Of a stretch of DNA of 64,000 nucleotides, positions 1 to 11,281 are shown piece by piece. The stretch is taken from NCBI GenBank assembly GCA_050115495.1, contig JASFQK010000028.1:27623-91622 (forward strand), written 5' to 3'. The notes below the pieces were generated by a model. It did not search any database and was not told the DNA's origin. It was given only the letters and a program-made list of their open reading frames with translations. How positions within the stretch are numbered: the stretch's first letter is position 1; each line of letters starts with the position of its first letter. Source of the DNA: Phycisphaerae bacterium. GTDB taxonomy: Bacteria; Planctomycetota; Phycisphaerae; UBA1845; Fen-1342. The translations under genes were made by a program, and so were the position numbers.

Positions 1-675
1 ATCAACGAGTCGTCCGATCAGATCAGCCGGATCATCAAGGTGATCGAGGAAATCGCCTTCCAGACCAACCTGCTGGCTCTCAATGCCGCGGTAGAGGCCG
101 CCCGCGCCGGCGAACACGGCAAGGGCTTCGCCGTCGTCGCGGAGGAGGTCCGCCACCTGGCGCAGCGCTCCTCGCAGGCGGCCCGCGAGACCACCGACCT
201 CATCAGCAGTTCCGTCGGCCGAGCACGCGAAGGCACGGAAGCCATCGAGACGATTGTCGGCGCCGTCTCCAAGGTCAATGATCTGCTCAGCGGCATCGCC
301 CAGGCCTCGCAGGAGCAGGCCCAGGGTGTCGAGCAGATCAACACCGCCGTGAACCAGATGGACAAGGTGACCCAGCAGAACGCCGCCGGCGCGGAGGAGT
401 CGGCGTCGGCCGCCGAGGAACTCAGCGCCCAGGCCACGGCCACCGCCGGCCTGGTTGGCAAACTGGTCGTGATGATCCGCGGCGAGGGCGCGCAGACCAC
501 TGCCAGCCGTTCCGAGCGTCGGCCCGCCGCCGCAGCTCCGCGCACGCCTCCGGCGGCGTCTCGGTCCGCCGGTCCCCCGCGATGCCGCAGCAACGATGCC
601 GAACCGGCCACCGCTGCGACCCGCCCCGTCGACGGTGCGCCGGCAAACGACAACGGCGGCCCACACGACTTCTAA
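1..675 (+). CDS. Methyl-accepting chemotaxis protein, C-terminal signalling domain (5'-truncated by window)
   Basis: Frame open from base 1 ([51 protein letters not shown]) = MCP signalling hairpin. Confidence 0.95.
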   Translation: MNESSDQISRIIKVIEEIAFQTNLLALNAAVEAARAGEHGKGFAVVAEEVRHLAQRSSQAARETTDLISSSVGRAREGTEAIETIVGAVSKVNDLLSGIAQASQEQAQGVEQINTAVNQMDKVTQQNAAGAEESASAAEELSAQATATAGLVGKLVVMIRGEGAQTTASRSERRPAAAAPRTPPAASRSAGPPRCRSNDAEPATAATRPVDGAPANDNGGPHDF

Positions 676-787
676 TCCGCCGGCGGCCGGCGAACGCACC
701 GCTGCCGCCGGTTCCACGGACGATCGCTGCCCAGCGGGGCGGCACGGCACTCCGAGCCGTCGCCGCCCCGCTCGGCGTCCCGGCAGC

Positions 788-3700
788 CTACTCCCCGCTC
801 AGCAGGTCGATGAACGGCCCAATGTCGAAGTTGTTCACCAGCCCGTCGCCGGTCAGATCCCCGAGCATGATATCGCAGTCGGGGTACTGCACCGCGTAGC
901 CATCCGGGTTCAGGACGGCCAGGATGAACGCCCGGATGTCGAAGTTGTTGACGATGCCGTCGCAGTTCAGATCGCCCGGACCGGGTGCACCAAACTCATC
1001 CGCGCCCATGTCCACCACCGCGACACCGTCCCCATCCCCGTCCCAGACCCGAGACTGCCCGTCGATGTCCGTCTCACCCTCCCCCGGCACAAACCCCGGA
1101 TCCCCGGCGTCGATGCACGGCGAATCCCCGGACAGGTGAAAATCGCCATTCGCCGGATCAACGAACAGCGGATCCTCGTCAATGTTCCCCTCACCCGCCC
1201 AGCCGCCGGCAACGGCGCTGTACGTGATGTCGAACGTCGAACCGTCGTCGCTCCAGACAGCGTCCTCGTCGCTCCACAAGATGCAGTTGGCAACGATGCA
1301 CGTGCTCGGCAGCGGGTTCATCGCCGAGTAGCAGGCCAGTGACCGGCCGTGTGGGGCGGAGTTTCCGCTGACCGTACAGCCGGTCAGGACCGTTTCACTC
1401 TCCATCCGGCAGCACACGCCACCGCCCGCTTCGGTCGCGCTGTTCTGCACGATACAACAGTCGGCCAGGACCGGGGTGGCAGCCCACATGTAGCAGACGC
1501 CGCCGCCGATCGCCGCCTCGTTTCGTGCAATGGCGCAGGCATTCAGCGTGGGAGCACAAGAGTAGACAGTGACGCCACCGCCAGACTGTGTCGCCGTATT
1601 ATCGGTGACGATACAGTCCGTCATTCCCCCGTCAGCGATGTTGTAGTGGATGCCTCCGCCGGACTGGGCCGTGTTCTCCGAGAGCGTGCAGTTGGTCAGC
1701 GTCAGCCCACCGCCCTCAGCACGGAAGCCGTAGACACCCCCGCCGGATACCGTTGCCGTGTTCTCCGAGATTGTGCAGCCCGTCAGCGTGGCCGCACCCT
1801 GTTGGCAGAAGAGACCGCCGCCGCTGTCGTTCGCGGTGTTCTCCGCAATCGTGCAATCGATCAGCGTCGGGCTGCCACCGTTACAGCACACACCACCACC
1901 CTTGCCGACAGCCGTGTTCTGCGCAACCGTGCAGTCAACCAGCGCTGCGCTGCTACTGTCGCAGAAGACTCCCCCACCGTCACCGTACGCCGCCGTGGCC
2001 GCATTGCCAGTGATCGTGCAGGCCGTCAGCGTTGGACTGGTGCTGTCGCAGTAGATGCCTCCACCCTCGCCGGCCGTGTTCTGTGCGATCGTGCAGCCGG
2101 CTAGGCTCGACGTGCTCCCGGGCCGGCAATAGATGCCGCCACCCCCGTAGTCTGCTCTGTTATTCGTGACTTCACAGTCGATCAGCGTGACGTCGCAGCG
2201 CTGCCATTCGATCCCGCCGCCGTCTTTCTCTGCCGCGTTCTGCGTTATCGTGCAGTCGGTGAGCGTCAGGAGCGTGTCGATGTCGCAGCTGATACCGCCG
2301 CCATCGAACACGGCTGTGTTCCCGGAGATCGTGCAGTCAGTCAACATCACGTTACTCGAGAACATACCACAGAGGCCACCGCCACTGCCGCCCGCCGTGT
2401 TGTCCGAGATCGTGCAGCCCGTCAACGTCGGGCTATCATAGTTGAAGAAAAGGCCCCCACCGCCGGACCCCGCCGTGTTATGCGTAATCGCGCACTCGGT
2501 CATGACCGCGCTGCCGCCCGAGACGCCGCCGCCGGCATCGTCTGCCTCGTTGCTCGCGATCGAGCATTGCGTCAGCGTCGGGCTGCTCTCTGAACAGCAG
2601 ATACCGGCGCCGGCTCCATCAGCCGTGTTCTCCGAGATCACGCAGTTCTCCAACGCCGGATTGCTGTTGTCGGCGCAGTAGACGCCGCCGCCGTCATTGG
2701 TCGCCGCGTTCCCAGACAGCTCACAGTCCGTCACCTGCGGACTGCTATTCTCGTCGCAGAACAGCCCACCGCCGTCCTCCGCCGCGTTCCGCGAAATCGT
2801 GCAGCCGATCAGCATCGGTTCGCTCGCCCCGTCACAGGCGACGCCGCCACCCCCATGCGTCGCGCTGTTCTGCCGAATTGTGCAGTTCCGGAGCGTCGGG
2901 CTGCTGCCATCGGCGCACCAGACGCCACCGCCGGGGCTGCTCCGCCCACCGGTGATCGTCAACCCGGCGACGACGCTGTCCGGCCCCTCATCCACGTGGA
3001 AGTAGAACCCACGGCCGGAGCCTGCGCAGTCGATGATCGTCGCCGCCACGACGCCGGCGTCGTCCGGATCGCTGCTGCGAACCGTGATCGCCCTACCAGC
3101 AAAATCGAGGTTCTTGTTGCCCGCTCCCGTGTACGCACCTTGGGCGATGACCACCTCGTCACCTTCGTATGCGTCGCATACGTCGATCGCGGCCTGGATC
3201 GTCGCCTTCGGACCGTGCTCGCCATCCCACGCCGGCGACAGACCATCCCACGTGTCGCTGCCATCTACCGCAGCATAGAAGGTCCGAGATGCCGTAAACG
3301 GATCGCTCCCGTGCGCGTATTCCTCCAGATTGTTTCGCGAGTCGCCGTCCTCGTTGCCGTACGGGTCAGCCACGAGCGGGTCCTCGAAATAGCGATCTTC
3401 CCACCAGTCCGGCAAACCGTCGGCGTCGCTGTCCAGCCACTCGTCGGCGCCGATGTCCACGCACCCGCCAAGCACGCGCGCTTCGCCGTCGATATCATTC
3501 TGGCCTGAGTACTCGCCATTCGGATCGCCGGCGTTGAAGCATGGAGAACCGGCCTGCACGTGCCCGTCCGGCGTTATGAGCGGGTCGGCATCTATGTTGC
3601 CCTCCCCCTCCCAGCCGCCCTCGATGGCGCTGTACGTCACGGCCGGCGCCGAGCTGCCCATGGTGTAGACCGCTCGGAAGTTGTTGCCCCAGACGATGCA

Positions 3701-4417
3701 ATTCTTCAGCACTGGGCTGCTCGATCCACAGAACACGCCACCGCAGTCGTGTGAGGTCAAGTTGTCTGCAATCGTGCAGTTCGTAAGCGTGGCGTTGCCG
3801 GAGTTCAGGCAACGCACACCAGCGCCGAGACTCCACGTGTTGCAGGAGATCATGCAGTTGAGCAGAGCCGGTGTGCTCTGAGTGCAGCAGAAACCGCCAC
3901 CGGCGTTCTCGGTAATCGTGCAGCCCACGAGTACGGGGTTGGCAGCATTGGCGCAGTAGACGCCGGCACCCTCCGTGGCTTGGTTCTGCGCGATCCAACA
4001 TGCGGAGATAGTCGGGCTCGCCCCCAGGCAACGAACGCCGCCGCCATAGCTGCCGCCGCTCCCACGCACGATCGTCAGACCGGCGAGAACGCTGTCCGGC
4101 CCTTCGCCACTGTGGAAGTAGAACCCCCGACCACTGCCCTCGCAGTCGATGACCGTCCCCGCCACGACCTCCGGATCTTCCGGGGCCGTGCTGCGCACCG
4201 TGATCGCCTTCCCGCCGAAATCAAGGTCCTTATTGCCCGCTCCCGTGTACGTCCCCAGGGCGATAACGACCTCATCCCCCGGCTGGGCGGCGTCGATCGC
4301 CGCCTGGATCGTCCCATATGTACCCGGTACATGCAGTTCTTCCCCCCACACCGGCGACAGAATCAGCCATCCGACAACAACCGCCGCCAGAATCCGCGTG
4401 TTCAGCACGTTCAACAT
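788..4417 (-). CDS. Secreted right-handed beta-helix (Pmp/GGG-repeat) protein with C-terminal dockerin-like domain
   Basis: Signal peptide after GGGGAG RBS (ATG 4417); many 'CTIxxNxAxxGGGxxC' repeats; duplicated TIQAAID module; C-terminal GDLNCDGIVNNFDI / GDLTGDGLVNNFDI pair. Confidence 0.85.
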   Translation of the reverse strand: MLNVLNTRILAAVVVGWLILSPVWGEELHVPGTYGTIQAAIDAAQPGDEVVIALGTYTGAGNKDLDFGGKAITVRSTAPEDPEVVAGTVIDCEGSGRGFYFHSGEGPDSVLAGLTIVRGSGGSYGGGVRCLGASPTISACWIAQNQATEGAGVYCANAANPVLVGCTITENAGGGFCCTQSTPALLNCMISCNTWSLGAGVRCLNSGNATLTNCTIADNLTSHDCGGVFCGSSSPVLKNCIVWGNNFRAVYTMGSSAPAVTYSAIEGGWEGEGNIDADPLITPDGHVQAGSPCFNAGDPNGEYSGQNDIDGEARVLGGCVDIGADEWLDSDADGLPDWWEDRYFEDPLVADPYGNEDGDSRNNLEEYAHGSDPFTASRTFYAAVDGSDTWDGLSPAWDGEHGPKATIQAAIDVCDAYEGDEVVIAQGAYTGAGNKNLDFAGRAITVRSSDPDDAGVVAATIIDCAGSGRGFYFHVDEGPDSVVAGLTITGGRSSPGGGVWCADGSSPTLRNCTIRQNSATHGGGGVACDGASEPMLIGCTISRNAAEDGGGLFCDENSSPQVTDCELSGNAATNDGGGVYCADNSNPALENCVISENTADGAGAGICCSESSPTLTQCSIASNEADDAGGGVSGGSAVMTECAITHNTAGSGGGGLFFNYDSPTLTGCTISDNTAGGSGGGLCGMFSSNVMLTDCTISGNTAVFDGGGISCDIDTLLTLTDCTITQNAAEKDGGGIEWQRCDVTLIDCEVTNNRADYGGGGIYCRPGSTSSLAGCTIAQNTAGEGGGIYCDSTSPTLTACTITGNAATAAYGDGGGVFCDSSSAALVDCTVAQNTAVGKGGGVCCNGGSPTLIDCTIAENTANDSGGGLFCQQGAATLTGCTISENTATVSGGGVYGFRAEGGGLTLTNCTLSENTAQSGGGIHYNIADGGMTDCIVTDNTATQSGGGVTVYSCAPTLNACAIARNEAAIGGGVCYMWAATPVLADCCIVQNSATEAGGGVCCRMESETVLTGCTVSGNSAPHGRSLACYSAMNPLPSTCIVANCILWSDEDAVWSDDGSTFDITYSAVAGGWAGEGNIDEDPLFVDPANGDFHLSGDSPCIDAGDPGFVPGEGETDIDGQSRVWDGDGDGVAVVDMGADEFGAPGPGDLNCDGIVNNFDIRAFILAVLNPDGYAVQYPDCDIMLGDLTGDGLVNNFDIGPFIDLLSGE

Positions 4418-4696
4418 GTACGCTCCCCTATAAAGAAGGTAACGAGGCAGGCAGACGTGGCCCGATCGGCCCGCGGCACACCTCTCTCTAACAGCCTTTG
4501 ACAACTCTGAATCCCCATCTTCCCTTACCCCGCCCCTTACCGGCGGACGCCGGTCCCAGTGCCCGCCGCCGTTGATTCGGCAGTCGAGACGACACTCGCC
4601 GCCACCCCATTCACACAGTATAGTCTATCGGCGACAGCCACCCCAGGCAATGCCAGACGAACGCCAAACGGCGAAAAGACATGCACGAGGAGAGAG

Positions 4697-4728
4697 AGGC
4701 TCAGGGCCCAGGGCTCAGGGCTCACGGC
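4697..4728. repeat. Short heptamer tandem repeat (GGCTCAG-like)
   Basis: aggctcagggcccagggctcagggctcacggctc; related arrays at ~15901-15925 and 28488-28540. Confidence 0.6.
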
Positions 4729-4738
4729 TCCCCCCCCT

Positions 4739-5728
4739 TCAACTCGCCCCCTCATACCCCCGCGCCGCGTGGTAGCCGGCCTTGTCGAAGAACACCGCCG
4801 TCAGCCGGTTCAGCTCCAGCACGCGGTACACATCGATCGGCCGCTCCCACACGCCCTGCTTCCGCGCAAACGTCCACACGTGCTTCTTCAGCAGCGCCAG
4901 CGAACTCAACACTTCGTGCAACGCCAGACCCTGCTCCCGCCTTTGTTTCCCCACGCCCGCGTAGAACGCCGCCACCTCTTCCGTCGCCTCGTCGCCCTTG
5001 AGCCACCGCCCGAACTGCGAGACCGCTCCCGCCGCCCGCTCCAGCAGCGCCTGCCCGTCCATCGCGTGATACGCCGGCGTCGTCACGTTCGTCTGCACGT
5101 CGGCCAGCCACAACCGGGCCACCTCGCCGGCGTGCTCCTCGATCACCGCCAGCAGCGCATCGGACAGCATCGCCTTGTCTTCGTCCGCCGCCAGCGTCAC
5201 GAACGAATCGTGGATCGACCAACCCTCCATGTGCGCCGCCGCACAAGCCCGCAGCGCCTTCTCGTTCGACCGGAACGCCAGCGGCGGATGCCGCCCGATC
5301 GGGAAATACTGCACCACGTCCGCGTCGTCGCCGGCCTGCTCCTCCCCACCGATCTTCTGCATCTCGAACGACACGATCAGCAGATCGCCATAATGCCCGC
5401 TCGTGTACGAATCCGCATCGAGCAGCCGCAGCACCCGCGCCTCGATCCCCGCCTCTTCCTTCAGCTCGCGCAGCGCCGCCTCGGCGATCGTCTCGCCCAG
5501 CTCGGCGAAGCCCATCGGCAAACACCACTTGCCCCGATGCGGCTCATGCCGCCGCCGCACCAACAGCACTTCCCGCCGGCTGTTCAGCACCAGCGCCGCC
5601 GCCACCGGCAGCGGGTTCTCGTAGAAGATCGTCTCGCACGCCGGGCAAACCAGCCGCGGCCGGTCGTTGACGATGCGGCTCTCCACCGGCTTGCCGCACT
5701 GCGAGCAGTATTTCGGTGTCAGGGGCAT
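4739..5728 (-). CDS. Zn-ribbon NUDIX hydrolase fused to a C-terminal RsbRD_N/globin-like helical domain
   Basis: YCSQCG..CPAC zinc ribbon, Nudix box GFAELGETIAEAALRELKEEAG; C-terminal 'IEEHAGEVARLWLAD...GKQRREQGLALHEVLSSL'. Confidence 0.8.
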   Translation of the reverse strand: MPLTPKYCSQCGKPVESRIVNDRPRLVCPACETIFYENPLPVAAALVLNSRREVLLVRRRHEPHRGKWCLPMGFAELGETIAEAALRELKEEAGIEARVLRLLDADSYTSGHYGDLLIVSFEMQKIGGEEQAGDDADVVQYFPIGRHPPLAFRSNEKALRACAAAHMEGWSIHDSFVTLAADEDKAMLSDALLAVIEEHAGEVARLWLADVQTNVTTPAYHAMDGQALLERAAGAVSQFGRWLKGDEATEEVAAFYAGVGKQRREQGLALHEVLSSLALLKKHVWTFARKQGVWERPIDVYRVLELNRLTAVFFDKAGYHAARGYEGAS

Positions 5729-6522
5729 CTCGGCCTCCGGCAACGGAAGATGGCATCGCTCTTGTCCACAACGATCCGCCCGCCCCCGGCCAGCACCGTC
5801 GCTATGGCGCCCCGCATTGCTTCGGGCAGCTCATCGCCGAACGCCGCCCCGGAAACGAACACCGGCAGCTTGAACCGCAGGTACGTCACCAGATCACTGA
5901 CGTCGGCCGCGGCGAAGGCCAGCGAATTGCCGTAGTCGATGCGCTCCACATCCGCAAAATGCTCCTCCAGAGCGGCCCCGCCGCGCTCCGCACTGAACGC
6001 ATCAACTTGTGCCACCCCGCCCCCGTCGGCCGCCGCACAGCCGAAGAACCGCGCCAGGTCCTGCCGCGATCGCACCGTGTGCGTGAGGACGACGAACAGC
6101 CCTTCCGGCCTCAGTATCCGCGCCACCTCCGCCAGAATCTCCGGAAAGAAGTACAGCGAGTACGACGCCACCACCAGGTCCACGCTCCGGTCCGGCCAGT
6201 CCAAAACGCGCTCGACAGCGCGACAGACAAACCGCCCCTCTCGCCCGGCGGCGGTCACGCGGCCCAGGTACGCCGCTTCGTTCTCCGGACACGCGTCCAC
6301 GCCCACGACCTGCGCATCCGCCGCCACACGCGGCACGACTGCCTCGGTCATGAACCCGAATCCGCAGCCCAGGTCCAGCACGCTCCGCCGATCGCCCAGC
6401 TCGAACCCCGCCAGCGCCACCACCCGCACATCCGCCCGATTCGTCGACCGCCGGCGGATCAACGCCGACACTGCCTCGTGCACCGACGGATCGCGGTAGC
6501 AGGACAGACACGCTTGGGACAT
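5719..6522 (-). CDS. Class I SAM-dependent methyltransferase
   Basis: VLDLGCGFG motif I, VGVDA, 'EVARILRPEG'. Confidence 0.85.
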   Translation of the reverse strand: MSQACLSCYRDPSVHEAVSALIRRRSTNRADVRVVALAGFELGDRRSVLDLGCGFGFMTEAVVPRVAADAQVVGVDACPENEAAYLGRVTAAGREGRFVCRAVERVLDWPDRSVDLVVASYSLYFFPEILAEVARILRPEGLFVVLTHTVRSRQDLARFFGCAAADGGGVAQVDAFSAERGGAALEEHFADVERIDYGNSLAFAAADVSDLVTYLRFKLPVFVSGAAFGDELPEAMRGAIATVLAGGGRIVVDKSDAIFRCRRPRCP

Positions 6523-6585
6523 GGCCCGGCCATTATCGGCCCATTTGCCCCAACGGGCAAAGCAACCCGCCCCCACAATCCCCCG

Positions 6586-8127
6586 CTACCCCCCGCCAAA
6601 CTGCCCCTCCGCCATCCGAATCGCCGCCAGCAGCCCCTGCGCCTTGTTGATCGTCTCCTGGTATTCGTTCGCCGGCACCGAGTCGGCGACGATCCCCGCC
6701 CCCACCTGCGCATGCGCCCGCCAGCCACCGCCCTCCACCGGCTGAATCACCAGCGTTCGCAGGGCGATGCACGTGTCCATGTTCCCTGCGAAGTCGATGT
6801 AGCCCACCGCCCCCGCGTACGGACCACGACGCGTCGGCTCGCATTCGTCGATGATCTCCATCGCCCGCACCTTCGGCGCACCGCTCACCGTCCCGACCGG
6901 CAGCGCCGCCCGCAGCGCATCGAACGCCGTCCGCTCCGGCGAGAGTTCGCCGGTGACCGTGCTCGAGATGTGCATCACGTGGCTGTAGCGTTCGACGGCC
7001 ATCACGTCGCGCACCTGCACCGTATTCGTCTTCGCCACACGCCCGACGTCGTTCCGCCCCAGGTCCACGAGCATGATGTGCTCGGCCCGCTCCTTCGGAT
7101 CAGCCAGCAATTCCGCCTCCAGCCGCCGATCCTCTTCGTCCGTCTGCCCGCGAGGCCGCGTCCCCGCCAGCGGCCGGTTCGTCACCAGCCCGTCCTCGAC
7201 CCGGCACATCACCTCCGGACTCGCCCCCACCAGCGTCACGTCCGGCGATTTCACGTAGAACATGAACGGCGACGGATTGATCACCCGCAGCGCCCGGTAT
7301 ACATCGAACGGCGCCGCCGGCGTCTCCGTCGTCAGCCGCTGCGAGACCACCACCTGAAAGATGTCGCCCGCCCGGATGTACTCCTGGCACCGCCCCACCA
7401 TCGCCTCGAAATCCCCGCGAGCGAAGTTGCTCTGGTACTGCGTCAGCGGCGGCGCCGGCAGCGACACCCGCACCGGCCGCAGTCCCGCCGGCTCGCTCAA
7501 TCGCGCGATCACCCGCTCCAGCCGCGCCTCGCCCGCCGCGTATGCCGTCCGCAACGCCGCCTCGTCGCTCCCCGCCGCGATCGGCACATGCGACACGACC
7601 AGCACCATCTTCCGCACATGGTCGAAGATCACCAGCGTCTCGTACACGTCAAACCGCAGATCCGGCAACCCGCGATCATCCGCCGGCGCGTTCGGCAGTC
7701 GCTCGCAGTAGCGCACCGTGTCGTAGCCGGCGTACCCCACGGCCCCACCCAGAAACCGCGGCAACCCCGCCAGCGGCGCCGCCCGGTACTTCGCCAGGTG
7801 CTCTTCGAGCGTCCCCAGCGGATCGTCACTGGCGAACTCGGCCAGCGCCCCGCTACCGTGCTCCCGGATGCGCACCTGCCGCCGCGTCGCTTCCAACGTC
7901 ACCGTCGGTCCCGCCCCCAGGAACGAATAGCGGGCGACGCGCTCGCCGCCCACCACGCTTTCCAGCAGAAACGCCCGCTCCGCCCCGGCCTGCATCCGGG
8001 CGAACGCACTCACCGGCGTCAATTCATCGCCGATCAGCGTCGCCACCAGCGGCACCCGGTTGTACCGGCGGGCCAACTCGCCGAACTGCTCGAACGCCGG
8101 CTGAACCATCGCGCTGCTCGACATCAT
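6586..8127 (-). CDS. trpE: Anthranilate synthase component I
   Basis: [74 protein letters not shown]. Confidence 0.9.
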   Translation of the reverse strand: MMSSSAMVQPAFEQFGELARRYNRVPLVATLIGDELTPVSAFARMQAGAERAFLLESVVGGERVARYSFLGAGPTVTLEATRRQVRIREHGSGALAEFASDDPLGTLEEHLAKYRAAPLAGLPRFLGGAVGYAGYDTVRYCERLPNAPADDRGLPDLRFDVYETLVIFDHVRKMVLVVSHVPIAAGSDEAALRTAYAAGEARLERVIARLSEPAGLRPVRVSLPAPPLTQYQSNFARGDFEAMVGRCQEYIRAGDIFQVVVSQRLTTETPAAPFDVYRALRVINPSPFMFYVKSPDVTLVGASPEVMCRVEDGLVTNRPLAGTRPRGQTDEEDRRLEAELLADPKERAEHIMLVDLGRNDVGRVAKTNTVQVRDVMAVERYSHVMHISSTVTGELSPERTAFDALRAALPVGTVSGAPKVRAMEIIDECEPTRRGPYAGAVGYIDFAGNMDTCIALRTLVIQPVEGGGWRAHAQVGAGIVADSVPANEYQETINKAQGLLAAIRMAEGQFGGG

Positions 8128-8152
8128 TGCTCCTGCCCGCGACCGCCGCCGA

Positions 8153-9193
8153 TCACGCGTTGCCGGCCTCCCGCGAGTACGCCAGCTTCCGCACCTTCGC
8201 CAGTTGCTCCTGCGTACCCAGCACCACGGCGATATCCCCGGCGTGCAGCACGGTGTCCGCCGACGGCGAGACCACCATTTTCCCGTCGCGTTTGCGCAGA
8301 GCCAGCACGGTCGCCCCGGTGTCGCCGCGAATCCGCGCCGCCCCGATCGCACAATCCTGGAGCGGCGAACCGATCGCCACGATCACCTCTTCGAGCAGCA
8401 GCTCCAGCTCCTCGTCGTGCATGACCAGTTCGAGGAACTCGACGACGTGCGGCCGCAGCGCCATCTGCGCCAGCCGCCGCCCGCTGATGCCGTACGGCCA
8501 CAGCACGCGGTTCGCGCCTGCCGTCGCCAGCTTGCTCTCCGTGCCCTCGTGATTGGCCCGGGCCACAATGAACAGCTTGTCGTTGAGCGCCCGCGCCGAC
8601 AGCACGACCATCACGTTCATCGCGTCGTCGTCGATCGCCGTCACCAGCGCCCGCGCCCGCTCGATACCCGCCTGCCGCAGCACGTCATCCTCGCCGGCGT
8701 CACCGACCAGGGCCAGATCGCCGTTGCTGCGGGCCAGGTCAATCGCCGCCTCCGATCGGTCGACGACCACGTAAGGCTTCTTCTCCCGCCGCAGATCGTC
8801 AGCCACCTGCTGGCCCATGCGCCCGTAGCCGCAGACGATGAAGTGCTCGCTCAGTTGCTCGATGTTCTTTTCCATGCGACGCTGCCCCAGGTACCCCTTT
8901 AACTCCCCCGCGATAAGGTAATTGCCCACCGACGTAATCGTGTACGTGAACGACCCGACCCCGCACAGAATCAGGAAGACCGCAAACACGCGTCCCCCCT
9001 GCCCGAGGTCGTGCACTTCCCCGTACCCGACCGTCGTCACGGTGATCACGGACATGTACAGCGCGTCGATCGGCGTCCACTTCGCGCCGCCGCCGATGAT
9101 GTAGAAGCCCAGCGCCCCACCCAGCATGACGGTCACCAGGGCCGTCAGGCTCCACGTCAAACGTCGCGTGATGCTGATCTGCGGATCCACCAT
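8153..9193 (-). CDS. Potassium channel with TrkA-N/TrkA-C (RCK) domains
   Basis: TVTTVGYG selectivity filter, [12 protein letters not shown] motif. Confidence 0.92.
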   Translation of the reverse strand: MVDPQISITRRLTWSLTALVTVMLGGALGFYIIGGGAKWTPIDALYMSVITVTTVGYGEVHDLGQGGRVFAVFLILCGVGSFTYTITSVGNYLIAGELKGYLGQRRMEKNIEQLSEHFIVCGYGRMGQQVADDLRREKKPYVVVDRSEAAIDLARSNGDLALVGDAGEDDVLRQAGIERARALVTAIDDDAMNVMVVLSARALNDKLFIVARANHEGTESKLATAGANRVLWPYGISGRRLAQMALRPHVVEFLELVMHDEELELLLEEVIVAIGSPLQDCAIGAARIRGDTGATVLALRKRDGKMVVSPSADTVLHAGDIAVVLGTQEQLAKVRKLAYSREAGNA

Positions 9194-9235
9194 GCCGGGC
9201 GCTCGCCTCGCGTCGCCGCCTCGTCGGCGGGGAAA

Positions 9236-10393
9236 CTAGTGCCAGCCCTCCAGACGCTCCTCGGCCTCGCGGGCCTGCCGCGTACCCGGATACTCCCGCA
9301 GGATCTTCTCCAGGAGTTCCTTGGCCTTCGTCTTCAATCCCGTCCGCAGATATGTCCGCGCCTGCCGCAGCAGCGCCTCCGCCTCGTCGTTGCTCGGCAG
9401 ATCGCCCTTGCCGACGCGCGGCTCCGTTGCTCCGCCACCACCCGCCGCCGCCGTCGCGCCACCGCCGCCCTTCGCGCCGGCGGCGAACTTCTCCTGCGCC
9501 TCCCGCGCCACCGCCCGTACCGCGTACAGAAACGCCGGATCCGTCACCGCGCCCACCGCCCGCACCTTGCCCACCCCGTCGACCAGCACCGTCCACGGCG
9601 GCGCCCCCGCGCCGAACGCCTCATGCGTGATCGGCGGCCGCGAGGCCTTCTCCTCATAGCACTGCGGCCACGTATAGCCGGCCTTCTCCGCGAACGCCTC
9701 CGCCTCTGCCTTACGCCGCTCGCCGTCCGCGTTCACACCCACGAACTGCACGCACAACACCGACTTCATCTCGTCGCGCAGTGCCCGCAGTGCTTCCGCG
9801 TACGCCTCCGTCGTGTCGTACATGTTCCACAGATCGACGACCAGCACGATGCCGTTCCGCTCGCGCACATCGACTCGCGTCCCGTCCTCGGCGACGATCT
9901 TCACGTCCGGCGCCGGCCCGCCCACCTTTCGCACCCACCGCCGTCGCTGCGACACGATCTTCCGCTGCTCGTCCGAAACCAGCCCCGCCAGCTTCCTCAG
10001 CGCCCCCTCCTGCGCCTCGGCATCCCCCTGCGCCGCGCTCACCAACACGGCCAGCTCCCACGTCTCCGCCGCCTCTGGCGCGAGCGGTTGCAGCGCCGCC
10101 AGCTTCTCCGCCGCCGTCACCACGTCCCCCACGGCCAGCGCCACGTGCGCCTCTGTCTCCAGCAGGATCGCTCGTTTCGCTTCGGTCAGCCGATCCGGCG
10201 AAAGCGCCCACTGCTTCAGCTTCGCCTGTGCCGCCTCCGCCTCTTTCACCGTGGCCACGTGCTGCGGCGCACAGAACGTATCGTGCAGCTCCTTCAGCTC
10301 GGACGTGACATCCGCCGCCGCTGGCACGCCGCTCAGCAGCACCGCCGCTACGCTGCCCAACCCCGCCAACCAGAATGCTCTCGTCGCGCTCAT
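9236..10393 (-). CDS. Secreted TPR + thioredoxin-like (redoxin-fold) protein lacking CxxC
   Basis: Signal peptide; 'VGGPAPDV...GIVLVVDLWNMYD...VQFVGVNAD...PPWTVLVDGVGKVR' TlpA-like; C-terminal helix 'LEKILREYPGT'. Confidence 0.65.
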   Translation of the reverse strand: MSATRAFWLAGLGSVAAVLLSGVPAAADVTSELKELHDTFCAPQHVATVKEAEAAQAKLKQWALSPDRLTEAKRAILLETEAHVALAVGDVVTAAEKLAALQPLAPEAAETWELAVLVSAAQGDAEAQEGALRKLAGLVSDEQRKIVSQRRRWVRKVGGPAPDVKIVAEDGTRVDVRERNGIVLVVDLWNMYDTTEAYAEALRALRDEMKSVLCVQFVGVNADGERRKAEAEAFAEKAGYTWPQCYEEKASRPPITHEAFGAGAPPWTVLVDGVGKVRAVGAVTDPAFLYAVRAVAREAQEKFAAGAKGGGGATAAAGGGGATEPRVGKGDLPSNDEAEALLRQARTYLRTGLKTKAKELLEKILREYPGTRQAREAEERLEGWH

Positions 10394-10462
10394 CGTCTTG
10401 CTCCATCTCCAGCCCGGGGCACGATCGTGCCCATCTGCCCTTCTATCGGCGGCGGCACCGCT

Positions 10463-11230
10463 CTACGCCTCATCCACCGGCTCGACCCGCTGCGGATGGT
10501 GCCGCACGTACCATTGGATCTGGCGAGCCATGCCGATCAGGATGTCCGCCTCGTTCACGCTCATCGACACCCGCCCAAGCAGGTGCCGCAACGCATACTT
10601 GAGATGATCCGGGTTCGGCTCCAGCAGAAAGCCGACCTCTGCCAACGCCTCGAACAGCTTCTCGAACAGGCGTTCCTTGCGCTCCTGCGTCGCCCAGCCC
10701 GAGTGCAGGGCCCGCGGCAGGGCCGGTTTCTCCTCCGCCGCCAGCCACGCCTTGCGCACCTCGTAACATACGATCGTAGCCGCCGCCGCCAGGTTGAACA
10801 CCGGGTACGACTCGTCCGCCGGTATCGTGATGATCCGGTCGAAATGCAGCAGCTCACGCGTCCGCAGGCCGAAGTCCTCGCGGCCGAAGACCAGGGCCAC
10901 CGGCCCGGCCTGCGCTGCCGTCACCACTTCCTCGCCCGCCACCGCCGGCGTGATCGCCACCTGCCGCCGGTACATCCCCAGTTTCGACGACGTCGCGTAC
11001 GTGCTCACGCAGCCGACCAGCGCCGCCGGGATATCCTCGACCACCCGGGCTGCGGCCAGCACCTCGTCGCCGTGCGACGCGTACGCCACCGCCTGTTCGT
11101 CGCGCACGTCACACCGTGGCGACACGATCACCAGATCCGTCAGGCCGAGGTTAGCCATCATCCGGGCCACGGCCCCGATGTTCGCCGGCCCGCTCGGCGA
11201 AACCAGCACCACGCGTATCCGCTCCAGCAT
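10463..11230 (-). CDS. trmJ: TrmJ/LasT family SPOUT RNA methyltransferase
   Basis: IRVVLVSPSGPANIGAVAR, ALVFGREDFGL, YPVFNLAAA. Confidence 0.85.
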   Translation of the reverse strand: MLERIRVVLVSPSGPANIGAVARMMANLGLTDLVIVSPRCDVRDEQAVAYASHGDEVLAAARVVEDIPAALVGCVSTYATSSKLGMYRRQVAITPAVAGEEVVTAAQAGPVALVFGREDFGLRTRELLHFDRIITIPADESYPVFNLAAAATIVCYEVRKAWLAAEEKPALPRALHSGWATQERKERLFEKLFEALAEVGFLLEPNPDHLKYALRHLLGRVSMSVNEADILIGMARQIQWYVRHHPQRVEPVDEA

Positions 11231-11281
11231 GCGGCTATTCTAAATGCCCCCGCCCCCGCAGCCCACCCTTTGACCGCCGGT

